A stretch of 64,000 nucleotides of DNA, from the sequence record PV660448; one strand, written 5' to 3'. This DNA is from Escherichia phage LF82-4. Below the pieces are notes generated by a model. That model worked only from the letters and a program-made list of their open reading frames with translations. It ran no database searches and had not been told where the DNA came from. Shown piece after piece: positions 20,827 to 31,634 of the stretch (its first letter is position 1; every line of letters begins with the position of its first letter). A program made the position numbers and the translations under genes.

Positions 20827-21995
20827 CAGTATTCCAACGTCCAGGATATCCTAACTTAAGCGTTAAATTATATCAAGATTATTCGGCTTGGCAAGAAAAT
20901 AGATACGTTGAACTCGCGGCGACAATAACAACTTTAACCATGCGAGATTCGCTATATGGAAGAAATGAAGGGATTCTTCAATTTTATGACACTAAAAACA
21001 TCCACACTAAAATGGACGGTAGACAGATAGTCCAAATCTCTGTTTCAAATTCAAACACACCTCTCCAAGTTAGAACTCGAATTTACGGATGTAGACATTA
21101 TTCTGTGTCTGTGGACTCAAAAGGTGACAATATTATTGCAATTGAGCTTGGAACAATACATTCTATAGAGAACCTTAAATTTGGGCGACCATTCTTCCCA
21201 GACGCAGGCGAATCTATACGTGAAATGCTAGGTGTCATATACAAAGACCGTACGTTAATTACTCCGCCAATAAACACTATTAATGCTTATGTTCCTGATA
21301 TTCCTTGGACAAGCACATTTGATGATTATTTGGCATATGTCAGAGAATTAGGACTTGCTACAGCGAGTGATAAGTTCGTATTCGTATGGCAAGATATTTT
21401 AGGCGTAAACATGATTGACTATGATACTCTTATTGGTCAGGAAGGCATTAAGATGATTGTAGGTGAGCCAAATACTGTAGGTCAGTATATTCAAGAGCTT
21501 GAGTATCCATTAGTATGGGATTTTACCTGGATGACTAAAGCCAACCAATTTACAAGAGACCCTATTAAAAACGCCACGATATTCGCTCATTCATTTTTAG
21601 ATACATCTATTCCGGTTATTGTTACTGGCGATGGCGATAATGCTATTCTTGTGTCAAGATCCGGCGGATATTCCGAAATGACCTATCGTAATGGATTTGA
21701 AGAAGCAAGTCGTCTTCAGACAATGGCTCAATACGACGGTTATGCTAAATGCACTACTACAGGTAATTTTAACATAACGCCTGCTACTAAAATTATATTT
21801 GTTGACCAAAAGAACCAATTCAAATCCGAATTTTACGTGGATGAAGTTATTCATGAGTTATCAAATAACAACTCACAAACTCATCTGTACATGTTTACCA
21901 ACTCAATGGTGTTAGAACCTGTTAACCCAGTTAAGGTTAAAAATGAACTTAAATCTGATTCTACCTCTAAAGAAAATAATTCTACCACAGTCTAA
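20823..21995 (+). CDS. 27: Baseplate hub protein gp27
   Basis: 390 aa, T4 order 51-27-28-29. Confidence 0.92.
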   Translation: MTVFQRPGYPNLSVKLYQDYSAWQENRYVELAATITTLTMRDSLYGRNEGILQFYDTKNIHTKMDGRQIVQISVSNSNTPLQVRTRIYGCRHYSVSVDSKGDNIIAIELGTIHSIENLKFGRPFFPDAGESIREMLGVIYKDRTLITPPINTINAYVPDIPWTSTFDDYLAYVRELGLATASDKFVFVWQDILGVNMIDYDTLIGQEGIKMIVGEPNTVGQYIQELEYPLVWDFTWMTKANQFTRDPIKNATIFAHSFLDTSIPVIVTGDGDNAILVSRSGGYSEMTYRNGFEEASRLQTMAQYDGYAKCTTTGNFNITPATKIIFVDQKNQFKSEFYVDEVIHELSNNNSQTHLYMFTNSMVLEPVNPVKVKNELKSDSTSKENNSTTV

Positions 21996-22476
21996 TAAAA
22001 AGGTAATGATTCCCAAATTAGGGCTCAAACATTATAATCTTTTAAAGGACGTTAAAGGCCCTGATGAAAACATGAAAATCTTAGCTGATTCTATTTGTAA
22101 AAATATGAGTCCCGCAGATTTTGATTTTGCATGTCTACACATATTGGAATTTAATAACAAACTTAAGTCTGAAGTTGAAAAAGACGGATTCACATATAAG
22201 CTAGATGACGTCTATGTATGCCAACGAACAGAATTCCAATTCCAAGGCAATACTTTTTATTTTAGACCTCCAGGCAAATTTGAACAATTCGCTACAATCA
22301 GTGAAATGTTATCAAATTGCTTAATAAAAGTTAATGACGAAGAGAAAGAAATTTCTTTCCTTGAGATGCCTGCTTTTGTAATCAAATGGGCAGAAGACCT
22401 TTCGACAACTATTGCTATTCCAGGCCCTAATGGCCCTATTAAGGGTATAGCAGAAATTATTGGATTGCTTGAATGA
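21943..22476 (+). CDS. 28: Baseplate hub distal subunit gp28
   Basis: 177 aa (T4 gp28 length); overlaps gene 27 end in another frame. Confidence 0.88.
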   Translation: MNLNLILPLKKIILPQSNKKVMIPKLGLKHYNLLKDVKGPDENMKILADSICKNMSPADFDFACLHILEFNNKLKSEVEKDGFTYKLDDVYVCQRTEFQFQGNTFYFRPPGKFEQFATISEMLSNCLIKVNDEEKEISFLEMPAFVIKWAEDLSTTIAIPGPNGPIKGIAEIIGLLE

Positions 22477-24245
22477 AACCTGAAGAAATGAAATCCATGC
22501 GTAGAAATAAGGTCATTGCCGATAATAAACCACAAAAAGTAGCTGCAACAGCAGCTACCGATTCATTAGAAGCATTGAATGACATTTCATCAAAACTAGA
22601 CGATGTCCAAGCCGCGTCTGAACTCACATCTCAAAGTGTAGAAGATAAAGGCAATGGAATTATTGAATCAATTGGAGACTTAAAGAATTCGACAGATAAT
22701 ACTGCTGAAGGCACAGAGCTTATCGCAGAAGTTATTGAAAAACAAACTGAAGTCACTAAAAGTATAAACGAAGTTTCTAGTGCAATAAGCTCTAAGTTAG
22801 ACCGATTAGCTACATTATTAGAGCAAAAATTACAAACATCTACCGCTATTCAAAATACAGGAGGCACCTCTCTTGAAGTAATTGAGAACGCAATACCTGT
22901 TAAAGTGGTTGAGAATGAAACTTCTGATGAGTTGTTTAAAGCATTACCTACACCTGAAAAGATTGATAATAAGCCAGACGAAGATTTCTTCCCAGCCCCG
23001 GTTCAAGAAAGTGCTAATTCTACTTCCGATTCTAAAGGTGGAATTAGCTTTAAATTGAGTGATAAAATTGCAATGCTCACCAAAACAGTTCAAGCCGGGT
23101 TTAATAAATCAATATCAATTTCAGACAGAATTGCTGGAATGCTTTTCAAATACACTATAACGGCTGCTATTGAAGCAGCAAAAATGGCCGCACTTATTCT
23201 TGGTATTGTTATCGGTATTGATTTATTGATAGTCCATTTCAAATATTGGACAGACAAGTTCACTTCTGCCTGGGATTTATTTGATGAAAACTTTACTAAA
23301 TTCTCCGACGAAGCTAAAGAGTGGGGTAAATTCTTAAGTGATATATTCACTTCTATTGACTCGATAAAACAATTGTGGGAAGCTGGAGACTGGGGTGGTT
23401 TAACCGTTGCTATTGTCAAAGGTGTAGGAACAGCATTAATGAACTTAGGTGAACTAATTCAATTAGGAATGGCTAAACTCTCTGCGTCTATATTGCGTGC
23501 TATAGGTTTTGGCGATACCGCAGACGAAATAGAAGGACGTGCTTTGGAAGGATTCCAAGAAACTACTGGGAACAAATTAAAGAAAGAAGACCAAGAGAAA
23601 GTCGCTAAATATCAAATGAAGCGTGACGATGGGGAATTAGGAACCGTTTCTAAAGGTCTTGATATGTTACAACGCGGCAAAACATTCGTTACTAACTGGG
23701 TTCGTGGTAATGACAATAAAGAAGAGTTTAGTACAAGTGATGAGCGCGCTGCGGAATCAGCAAAATTAAAAGAGTTACCTGAAGAGGAGCGTAAAGAGGC
23801 GTATATAAAAGCTAATGAAACTCGTGCGGCACTAGTTAGATTTGAGGATTATATCGATAAAATCGATATGACTAATCCGGAAAATGCTAAAAACGTCGAG
23901 AAGTCTTATGCTGATTTAAGTAAACTTATTAAAGACCCTGAACTTAATAAAACTCCTGTTGTTAAAAAGGAAATAGATGCTAGATTTGAAAAGCTAAATA
24001 ATAAAATGGCTGAAGCCAAAAAGGCTCAGACAACAGTTAAGCCTGAATCTTCAACTAAATCTCCGGAAGCAAAACAAGTTCAGACAATAGAGAAAGGACG
24101 TGCTTCTGAATCTAAACAACAGCAACCGGTAGCGGCTATTAGTAACACAAATAATGTCGTCAAAAAGAATACCGTAGTCCAGAATATGACCCCTGTAACA
24201 AGTACAACGGCTCCTGGAATTTTCCATGCCACCGGTGTTAATTAA
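22473..24245 (+). CDS. 29: Tail-length tape measure / baseplate hub protein gp29
   Basis: 590 aa (T4 gp29 length); internal hydrophobic segment. Confidence 0.92.
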   Translation: MKPEEMKSMRRNKVIADNKPQKVAATAATDSLEALNDISSKLDDVQAASELTSQSVEDKGNGIIESIGDLKNSTDNTAEGTELIAEVIEKQTEVTKSINEVSSAISSKLDRLATLLEQKLQTSTAIQNTGGTSLEVIENAIPVKVVENETSDELFKALPTPEKIDNKPDEDFFPAPVQESANSTSDSKGGISFKLSDKIAMLTKTVQAGFNKSISISDRIAGMLFKYTITAAIEAAKMAALILGIVIGIDLLIVHFKYWTDKFTSAWDLFDENFTKFSDEAKEWGKFLSDIFTSIDSIKQLWEAGDWGGLTVAIVKGVGTALMNLGELIQLGMAKLSASILRAIGFGDTADEIEGRALEGFQETTGNKLKKEDQEKVAKYQMKRDDGELGTVSKGLDMLQRGKTFVTNWVRGNDNKEEFSTSDERAAESAKLKELPEEERKEAYIKANETRAALVRFEDYIDKIDMTNPENAKNVEKSYADLSKLIKDPELNKTPVVKKEIDARFEKLNNKMAEAKKAQTTVKPESSTKSPEAKQVQTIEKGRASESKQQQPVAAISNTNNVVKKNTVVQNMTPVTSTTAPGIFHATGVN

Positions 24246-24253
24246 GGATTATT

Positions 24254-25363
24254 ATGATTAGTGTAAAAGAAATAGTAGTAGATGCAAAGGATTTAAATAA
24301 AGCAATCCCAGTCTCAGAAAGTGCTGGGCAAAGCACTAAAACCGAAACAACTACTAAAACTTATGTTGCTCAATTTCCTACAGGAAGAGCAGCCGGAAAT
24401 GACTCCACAGGAGACTTCCAGGTAACAGACCTTTATAAGAATGGATTATTATTTACCGCGTACAATATGTCTGCACGCGATTCAGGATCCCTCAGGAATT
24501 TACGTCCGGCATACGCCGGGACTTCATCTAATGGTATCATATCAGATTTAACTGATAATGTGAAAGATGCGGTGACTAAATTCTCAAATGGATTGCTTCC
24601 TGCCGGAGCTAATAAGTCTACTATAAATAAAACTCCTGTTGCTAATATACTTTTGCCACGTTCCAAATCTGACGTTGATACAACTTCACATCGTTTTAAT
24701 GATATCGGTGATAGCCTTATTACTAAAGGTGGAGGTACTGCTACGGGTGTTTTAAGTAACATTGCTTCTACTGCAGTTTTTGGTGCATTAGATTCTATTA
24801 CTCAAGGGCTTATGGCTGATAATAACGAGCAGATTTATACGACTTCTCGTAGTATGTATGGTGGTGCCGAGAACCGTACTAAAGTCTTTACATGGGATTT
24901 AACTCCACGTTCAACTGAAGACCTTATGGCTATTATAAACATTTACCAGTATTTTAACTATTTCTCATATGGTGAGACCGGTAAATCACAGTACGCCCAA
25001 GAGATTAAAAGTTATTTAGACGAATGGTACCGTTCAACGTTTATTGAGCCTATGACACCGGATGATGCAGTAAAAAATAAGACATTGTTTGAAAAGATTA
25101 CTGCGTCATTAACAAACGTATTAGTTGTAAGCAACCCTACAATTTGGATGGTTAAAAACTTTGGGTATACGTCTAAATTTGATGGATTAACTGACGTATT
25201 TGGTCCATGCCAAATTCAAAGCGTACGTTTTGATAAAACTCCAAATGGACAATTTAATGGTCTCGCTGTTGCTCCTAACTTACCGTCAACATTTACGTTA
25301 GAGATAACAATGCGAGAAATTATTACATTAAACCGTTCTTCACTTTATGCGGGGACTTTCTAA
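24254..25363 (+). CDS. 48: Baseplate tail-tube cap gp48
   Basis: 369 aa at the T4 gp48 position. Confidence 0.92.
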   Translation: MISVKEIVVDAKDLNKAIPVSESAGQSTKTETTTKTYVAQFPTGRAAGNDSTGDFQVTDLYKNGLLFTAYNMSARDSGSLRNLRPAYAGTSSNGIISDLTDNVKDAVTKFSNGLLPAGANKSTINKTPVANILLPRSKSDVDTTSHRFNDIGDSLITKGGGTATGVLSNIASTAVFGALDSITQGLMADNNEQIYTTSRSMYGGAENRTKVFTWDLTPRSTEDLMAIINIYQYFNYFSYGETGKSQYAQEIKSYLDEWYRSTFIEPMTPDDAVKNKTLFEKITASLTNVLVVSNPTIWMVKNFGYTSKFDGLTDVFGPCQIQSVRFDKTPNGQFNGLAVAPNLPSTFTLEITMREIITLNRSSLYAGTF

Positions 25364-26325
25364 TGTACTCTTTAGAAGAATTTAATAACCAAGCTATAAA
25401 TGCAGATTTCCAACGAAACAATATGTTTAGTTGTGTATTTGCTACTACGCCATCGACCAAATCGTCTTCACTAATTTCGTCAATTGGTAGTTTTGCTTAT
25501 AATAACTTAGGGTTGGATTCTGATTGGTTAGGATTGACTCAAGGTGATATCAATCAGGGCGTAACAACCCTGATTACAGCAGGAACACAGAAATTAATTC
25601 GAAAATCGGGTATAAGTAAATATCTGATTGGAGCAATGAGCCAACGTACGGTACAAAGCTTGTTAGGTGAGTTCACGGTAGGAGCTTATCTGATAGACTT
25701 CTTCAATATGGCATATAATAATACAGGTTTAATGATTTATTCTGTAAAAATGCCTGAGAACCGATTATCTTATGAAACAGATTTCAACTATAACTCACCG
25801 AACATCCGAATTACCGGTCGTGAAATGGACCCGTTAGTAATAAGCTTTAGAATGGATTCCGAAGCATCTAACTTTAGAGCAATGCAAGACTGGGTAAACT
25901 CTGTCCAAGACCCTGTAACAGGTCTTCGTGCTTTACCACAAGACGTCGAAGCAGATATTCAGGTTAATTTACATGCGCGAAATGGTTTACCACATACCGC
26001 TGTCATGTTCACTGGTTGTATTCCTGTTAGTGTCTCTTCTCCTGAGTTAACGTATGATGGTGATAATCAAATAACAGTTTTTGATGTAACATTTGCTTAT
26101 CGCGTTATGCAATCAGGTGCTGTAAATAGACAGGCTGCTTTAGAATGGTTGGAATCAGGACTTATTAGTAGTGTTTCAGGAATGTTTGGGAATAATCAAA
26201 ATGATTCTGGGCTAGGAAGTGCAGTATCAAGACTTTCTAGATTAGGTGGGACTGCTGGAGGTGTGTCTAATATAAACACATTGACAGGTGTGGTGAATTC
26301 TGCGTCAAGAGTTTTAGGACTATAA
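25363..26325 (+). CDS. 54: Baseplate tail-tube initiator gp54
   Basis: 320 aa (T4 gp54 length); hairpin terminator downstream. Confidence 0.92.
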   Translation: MYSLEEFNNQAINADFQRNNMFSCVFATTPSTKSSSLISSIGSFAYNNLGLDSDWLGLTQGDINQGVTTLITAGTQKLIRKSGISKYLIGAMSQRTVQSLLGEFTVGAYLIDFFNMAYNNTGLMIYSVKMPENRLSYETDFNYNSPNIRITGREMDPLVISFRMDSEASNFRAMQDWVNSVQDPVTGLRALPQDVEADIQVNLHARNGLPHTAVMFTGCIPVSVSSPELTYDGDNQITVFDVTFAYRVMQSGAVNRQAALEWLESGLISSVSGMFGNNQNDSGLGSAVSRLSRLGGTAGGVSNINTLTGVVNSASRVLGL

Positions 26326-26330
26326 GAAAA

Positions 26331-26349
26331 AGGGAGACGTTGTCTCCCT
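26331..26349. terminator. Bidirectional hairpin between gene 54 and the alt operon
   Basis: AAAAA-AGGGAGAC-GTT-GTCTCCCT-TT between convergent transcription units. Confidence 0.6.
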
Positions 26350-26357
26350 TTAGGGGT

Positions 26358-26651
26358 TTATTTACGGAATGAAAGGAATGCTGGTGCTCGGAATGGAGTA
26401 TCATCTTTAGAGTATTTAACTAATACGACCATTGGTACCTCTGTTTCTAAATGACCTGTCACTACACCGATAAAAATTTGATCAGTGTGCTCAGGGTCAC
26501 GAAAGTTTTTAAGAGGTTCCATAGCAATATGGAATGCACCTGGGAATACTCGATTCAATTCGTCAATCACAGCTTCGTTAAAAGCATCATCCGCTGGGAT
26601 AGCATCTTCAACTACTAGTTCTTGACCATTAAAGCGAAGCATAGATTTCAT
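26358..26651 (-). CDS. Hypothetical protein downstream of alt
   Basis: Track ORF 26358-26723 overlaps alt; internal ATG at 26651 has SD GAGGA, giving ~97 aa. Confidence 0.6.
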   Translation of the reverse strand: MKSMLRFNGQELVVEDAIPADDAFNEAVIDELNRVFPGAFHIAMEPLKNFRDPEHTDQIFIGVVTGHLETEVPMVVLVKYSKDDTPFRAPAFLSFRK

Positions 26652-26679
26652 AACGTTTTCCTCATGTTGTTGATGGGAT

Positions 26680-26711
26680 GATAGTATCACACATCCATGT
26701 GTTTGTAAACT
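26680..26711 (-). promoter_or_regulatory. T4 early-promoter-like element
   Basis: Same GTTTAC...GTGATACTAT cassette followed by SD GAGGA; overlaps alt stop. Confidence 0.5.
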
Positions 26712-28797
26712 ATCCTTGGACAAATTTAAACGGAACTGATTCTAAATCCATTAAAGATGCTAACAATTTCAATCCTTTAGGTGCACTAGTTTTTTCTACA
26801 AATGAAGAGAACGATACCGGCTCATCCGATTCGATTTCACCCGTCATAGCAACCACCTCGCCTGTTTCCATGAGAACATCACCATCATAAATGACAGCTT
26901 CGTCCAACTGGTCCGAGGACATGACTTCAGCTTGAATAAATTTAAGGTTGGATTCTAAACCTGCACCAGTGTCAGATGACGCATCTGTAATTTTATTTAT
27001 TTGCAAGAGAATGCCTCTAGGCAAAATAATTTCTTGCTCATTAGGGTGATTACTCAACTGTCCTGGATAAATCACGTTAACTTTATGAGCGCCGTCAATA
27101 GCCCATCCAACGTTAACACGGATTTGTTCTGGCGCATGCATAGCTGTTCTTACTTGACTAGGAGAAATAGTAACACCTTCATCATTATTGTCAATGTTAA
27201 GCTCTTTGCGAACTTCTTCAGGAGCAAGTCCAAGGGCAACGTTCTCTTTAAACCCACCGAAAATAATAGGAGCTAGTGAAGTGGAAACATAGTTTCTGAA
27301 GTAGAATACCTTATTTTTAACCATTGCTTCGTAAATAGGCATTCTGATAGACTGAGCTCTATATAACGTTAGTCCTTCAGGTAAACGGTCTCCATTTAAA
27401 AACGCTGAATCAAGACCATCGATAGCGCGTTTAACTTCATCTTCATCTGCAACATCGTAAAAATCTGGTTTATAACGACCTAACAACATATTATTGATAT
27501 CGGTATACGCAGAAGAGGCATATTCGCGAATAGCTCGTTTTTCAGCAACAGAGTATTGTTTAGGGTCCCGATTCATTGTTATATTAAAGGTGCCTCTAGC
27601 CGATTCTCGTGCATAAGTATACATCACATTAGACAAGAACGCTGATTTACGTTGTTTCCAAGTTTTTTCAGATACTTCAGCTAAAACGTCGTCAGCCAGT
27701 TGGAAATTATCTCGTCTAAAATCTTCAAACCATTCGTCTTTAATAGAGTCTGCAATTTCATTTGCAGCTTCAACAAAAGCAGCTAATGCTTTAACAGATG
27801 TTGTTTTTTCAGTTTTAATTTTCTTAGCAAACTTTTCTAAAGTTGGCTTAATAACACTACCATAAGAAACTTCATCGGCAAATCTAAAGGATTCATCAAT
27901 ACGATTATAAATCTTATTTTCGATATCAGCAACTAAAGTGCCTTTTGCTGTGGACGATGCTTGGGCTAGTACGATTTCATATGCTTCAGGAAGTAATTCG
28001 GCTGTAGCTGGGCCACTAACTTCTTTAGCAGAATTTTCGTATTTCTGGAATAACTCGCCTTCTTGGCGGTCAGCTTCTAAAGATTGACTTGCTGCAATAG
28101 CACGACGAGAAATTTTGGTGCGAGCAATAACCGGCTTATCTTTACGTTTTTCTTCTACCGCGACAATAGAACCAGCGATAGCCGTTTCTTTTGTGACCTT
28201 TTCACCGGTCTTTTTACTCACATAAACTTCGCCAACATCAGAATCTACTTTCGTGTACAACTCTGTGTTAATGTTAGGGATGCCTTTAATATCCTCAATG
28301 TTGGCATTTTTACGAACCATCATCACATAGGTGTGTTTACCTGTGAATTGATACATTGCAGACAATACTTTAAAACGACCACCGGTTTTAGTAGAAACTA
28401 AACGAGCAAGAAGAGTTTGAAGTTGTTGTCCACGTCCTTTCAATTTCTTGGTAGGGAATCGAAACAGAACTGCATCCATACGAAGAGCTTTAACCTGTTC
28501 ATATACTGTATTGAAAACGGTGTTGATTGCATCAATAGGAGCAGGACCAAGGCCGTTTTTCAATTCAGCGAGATTACCCTTTTCAGACAGACTCATAATA
28601 ACAACATGAGCGTATTTGTCGCCAAGTTTAACTTGTTTTACAGCGTCGCCTTCGGAAAGGTAAGAGAATAAACGAACTACAATATTTGTATCAACATCAC
28701 CAATTTTCCAGACTTGTGGAACTTTAGCTTTAGGGTTCAAATTGACGACAGGAAGACTGCCTTCAGATTCAAACACTTCATTTAATTGTTCAGACAT
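26710..28797 (-). CDS. alt: Alt ADP-ribosyltransferase (capsid-packaged)
   Basis: 695 aa, T4 Alt-like, immediately downstream of DNA ligase gene region as in T4. Confidence 0.9.
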   Translation of the reverse strand: MSEQLNEVFESEGSLPVVNLNPKAKVPQVWKIGDVDTNIVVRLFSYLSEGDAVKQVKLGDKYAHVVIMSLSEKGNLAELKNGLGPAPIDAINTVFNTVYEQVKALRMDAVLFRFPTKKLKGRGQQLQTLLARLVSTKTGGRFKVLSAMYQFTGKHTYVMMVRKNANIEDIKGIPNINTELYTKVDSDVGEVYVSKKTGEKVTKETAIAGSIVAVEEKRKDKPVIARTKISRRAIAASQSLEADRQEGELFQKYENSAKEVSGPATAELLPEAYEIVLAQASSTAKGTLVADIENKIYNRIDESFRFADEVSYGSVIKPTLEKFAKKIKTEKTTSVKALAAFVEAANEIADSIKDEWFEDFRRDNFQLADDVLAEVSEKTWKQRKSAFLSNVMYTYARESARGTFNITMNRDPKQYSVAEKRAIREYASSAYTDINNMLLGRYKPDFYDVADEDEVKRAIDGLDSAFLNGDRLPEGLTLYRAQSIRMPIYEAMVKNKVFYFRNYVSTSLAPIIFGGFKENVALGLAPEEVRKELNIDNNDEGVTISPSQVRTAMHAPEQIRVNVGWAIDGAHKVNVIYPGQLSNHPNEQEIILPRGILLQINKITDASSDTGAGLESNLKFIQAEVMSSDQLDEAVIYDGDVLMETGEVVAMTGEIESDEPVSFSSFVEKTSAPKGLKLLASLMDLESVPFKFVQG

Positions 28798-28836
28798 AGA
28801 GTTTTCCTTTTAGTAATAATTTATATTTATGCCAAA

Positions 28837-28854
28837 AAGAGCCCGAAGGCTCTT
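28837..28854 (-). terminator. Hairpin terminator upstream of alt (end of ligase operon)
   Basis: AAGAGCC-UUCG-GGCUCUU followed by UUUUGG on minus strand. Confidence 0.6.
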
Positions 28855-29041
28855 AATCCACAATCGGGAGCAAAGTACGATAAACTTCAAAATTAGGGCC
28901 TTTTTCGTACTTATCAAAATTGTCCATAAAAATATGATAGGAATCGTTATTAGGAAAATCTAATACAATTTGGGAACAAGAGGTGGAAACATCACCACCG
29001 TCTTTATTAGCGACAACTACTGTTTCTAAATAAGCTTTCAT
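28853..29041 (-). CDS. Hypothetical small protein between ligase and alt
   Basis: Internal ATG shares TAATG with the ligase stop (~62 aa). Confidence 0.5.
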   Translation of the reverse strand: MKAYLETVVVANKDGGDVSTSCSQIVLDFPNNDSYHIFMDNFDKYEKGPNFEVYRTLLPIVD

Positions 29042-30534
29042 TATAAACCTGTCTGGGACCACGGTCCAAATACGTCTTCAAATGAATCCGCTTCTGTTTT
29101 ATCAAAACGGAACCCTTTAATAATTGGAAGGAAAATACCTACAGTGCCTTCACGGCCTTTAGAATGAACCCAACCATTACATTCACAATCAGCGATACGT
29201 CCAATTAATTTACCTTCACGAGCTTCGGTCATTAATCGTTCACGGTCTAAATCATGACGCTCGTCTAAAGGAATAAGAACCTTTACACCGTCAACTGTTT
29301 TATGAGTTGTATCTTTAAAACCTGAACCACAATCGGTTGTAATACGACGACAACGTGATACGAGTTCGACACCACCTAATTTGTTAGGGTCTTTAGAGTG
29401 TTCATAGTATCCTACAACTTCTAAAGCGATATCAATAACTTCTTTAAATTTAATTAGGTTCTTAGAGCGTTTGTTTTCCCAATATGAATCACGGTTTTTA
29501 AGGATAATACCTTCAAGACCTTGGTCAACATATTTTTTATAAACCACTTTAGCTTCGTCAAGATTACGAACTAACTGATTTTCAATTGGCTCAATTCGCT
29601 TAAAGCCTTCAGCCATATTTTCAAGAGCAGCAAAACGAACATCGTATTTCTGACCTTTAATTTTGCCATCAGAATAGACTTCATCTAAAGGAACATAGTC
29701 CCAGGCTTGAAGAACCATACCTTCCGCTTCTTTAGGAGAAATAGTCCCTTGAAGAGATTTATTTGCTAAACCATTTGAAGTGCTACGGTCTGCAACTTGT
29801 ACTTCTTCAGATTCTTCATTATCACCAAATAAGAACGACAGGTCATTTCCTGAGCTCACAGCCTTTTTAATATCAAATGAATGATAAACTAATTCACCGT
29901 CAATTAAAACCCCATTAGGGTGTCTTTCACGAGCTTCTTTAGTCATTTCCATTAGTTCATCCGCTAATAGGGTAAGACCATGGTATTCATTACCAGCACG
30001 AGAAAAGAATTGAACACCATCATCGCGAACTTCAGCGAAACAACGAGCGCCATCGGCTTTTAATTGAGCAAATGCAGGCCATTTAATATTTTTAGTAATC
30101 AATTTCTCGTCATATGCAGATGCTAACATCTGCGGTTGCAATTGAATAAGTCCAGGCCATACCTTATTCGCGATAGACACTGAAGCACCTACTTCAAGGT
30201 CTCGCATCATTACACGACGTAGTACTTCTACATCATCAGGTTTACCGTCAGCGATATAACCCATGAGCTCTTTAATTGCTGCATTACCAGTGAGCTTACG
30301 AGTGGCTAATGTGAACTCAATAAAATCCAACATGTCATCTAATTCAAGAAGTCCATACGCTTGAGACCTTTCACCTGGTCCTGGCCATTTCTTAATATAA
30401 TACTGAATGCCACGTGCATACGTTAAACGATATACACGTTCAAGTAATTTGTTGTCCTTATTTTTCTTAAGGATTTCCTGTTTTGTTTTAGTAGAACCGA
30501 TCGCAGCTATTTGGTTTAAAATATCTAAAATCAT
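29041..30534 (-). CDS. 30: ATP-dependent DNA ligase (gp30)
   Basis: 497 aa; adenylation motif KADGAR; N-terminus MILDILNQIAAIGSTKTKQEIL... matches T4 DNA ligase. Confidence 0.97.
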   Translation of the reverse strand: MILDILNQIAAIGSTKTKQEILKKNKDNKLLERVYRLTYARGIQYYIKKWPGPGERSQAYGLLELDDMLDFIEFTLATRKLTGNAAIKELMGYIADGKPDDVEVLRRVMMRDLEVGASVSIANKVWPGLIQLQPQMLASAYDEKLITKNIKWPAFAQLKADGARCFAEVRDDGVQFFSRAGNEYHGLTLLADELMEMTKEARERHPNGVLIDGELVYHSFDIKKAVSSGNDLSFLFGDNEESEEVQVADRSTSNGLANKSLQGTISPKEAEGMVLQAWDYVPLDEVYSDGKIKGQKYDVRFAALENMAEGFKRIEPIENQLVRNLDEAKVVYKKYVDQGLEGIILKNRDSYWENKRSKNLIKFKEVIDIALEVVGYYEHSKDPNKLGGVELVSRCRRITTDCGSGFKDTTHKTVDGVKVLIPLDERHDLDRERLMTEAREGKLIGRIADCECNGWVHSKGREGTVGIFLPIIKGFRFDKTEADSFEDVFGPWSQTGL

Positions 30535-30800
30535 TTGATATCCTCGATTTTGGTTACGGTTCTATTATAAGCCACTTCATCTAGAAGCGATTTCAGCGTT
30601 TTCTGATAAGTGGTAATCCATTTACCGAGTCCTTCAACATAATATTCTGAAATGTAGATGAACCCTTGTTCAACACACTCTTTAAATATTTCTGCGTCTT
30701 TTACTGAACGAAACACCGGCCAGTCTCGAAAGAACATGTTAACGTGACCGTAGTCACGTGTGGTGTTTTTGCCATCTGTAATATCATGAACTACAAACAT
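30531..30800 (-). CDS. Hypothetical protein (30.1 position)
   Basis: 89-aa ORF overlapping ligase start. Confidence 0.6.
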   Translation of the reverse strand: MFVVHDITDGKNTTRDYGHVNMFFRDWPVFRSVKDAEIFKECVEQGFIYISEYYVEGLGKWITTYQKTLKSLLDEVAYNRTVTKIEDIK

Positions 30801-30809
30801 AATTAGCCC

Positions 30810-31634
30810 TTAACAATTTATAGACCAAGTCCATTTAGACGAATCTAAAGGAAAGTTTTGAATCGTCCACCATGGCTGCATATCGGTTGGTCCTGGGGTT
30901 CGCCAGGTATATGGAGTACGTGTTGTCGAGGGGCCACCAATTTGATTAGGCCATGCACCTGGACTTGTTGCACCAGATTCTTTAAGCAAATCCGCCAATC
31001 GTTTTAAAAGGTCTTCACGATCTGAATCTGAATTATGCTCTGGCGGAACCAATCGAGATTCAATATCATCCCACGTGTGTACACGTTGTGCAGTGCGAGG
31101 AATATCATCACGTTCACCACGAGCCAACCAATAAATCGGTACATTAAGAATTTCTGCCGCATGGTCACAGTGATGAGCTAAATCGTCAACGTAACAAATC
31201 ACGTTATATTTTGTTTTAGCTAGTTCGAATAATTGTTCCTTTGAAGAATCATGACCACACATCATTACTTCAGAGAAAGCGCCTGGGAACAAAGCATTCA
31301 AATTAAATTGTCTATTCAATCGAGCATCAATTGAATCACCTAGCGCCGTCACGGCTACAAAATTATAGTCTTCTTTTAGTTTATTGATAACTCGAAGAGC
31401 ATCTGAATAAGGCGCTAAGTAACGAATAAAATCAGAGCTATTATATTTTTCTATTAATTGTTTACCAAGGTTATCGTCGGTATTGAACAGTTTACCAGGA
31501 GAAATAAATTTTTCGTCCTGAATCATTTTTAAAATATGTTCTAATGGAAGATTATATTTTTGGGCAAAATAAGGAAGTCCAGATTGCCAACTTAAACATA
31601 CACCATCAATATCAGTCAAAATAGTAGGCTTCAT
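30810..31634 (-). CDS. HAD-like hydrolase-fold protein (30.2 position)
   Basis: 274 aa; N-terminal ILTDIDGV (DxDG-type HAD motif I); Trp/Pro-rich C-terminal tail. Confidence 0.65.
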   Translation of the reverse strand: MKPTILTDIDGVCLSWQSGLPYFAQKYNLPLEHILKMIQDEKFISPGKLFNTDDNLGKQLIEKYNSSDFIRYLAPYSDALRVINKLKEDYNFVAVTALGDSIDARLNRQFNLNALFPGAFSEVMMCGHDSSKEQLFELAKTKYNVICYVDDLAHHCDHAAEILNVPIYWLARGERDDIPRTAQRVHTWDDIESRLVPPEHNSDSDREDLLKRLADLLKESGATSPGAWPNQIGGPSTTRTPYTWRTPGPTDMQPWWTIQNFPLDSSKWTWSINC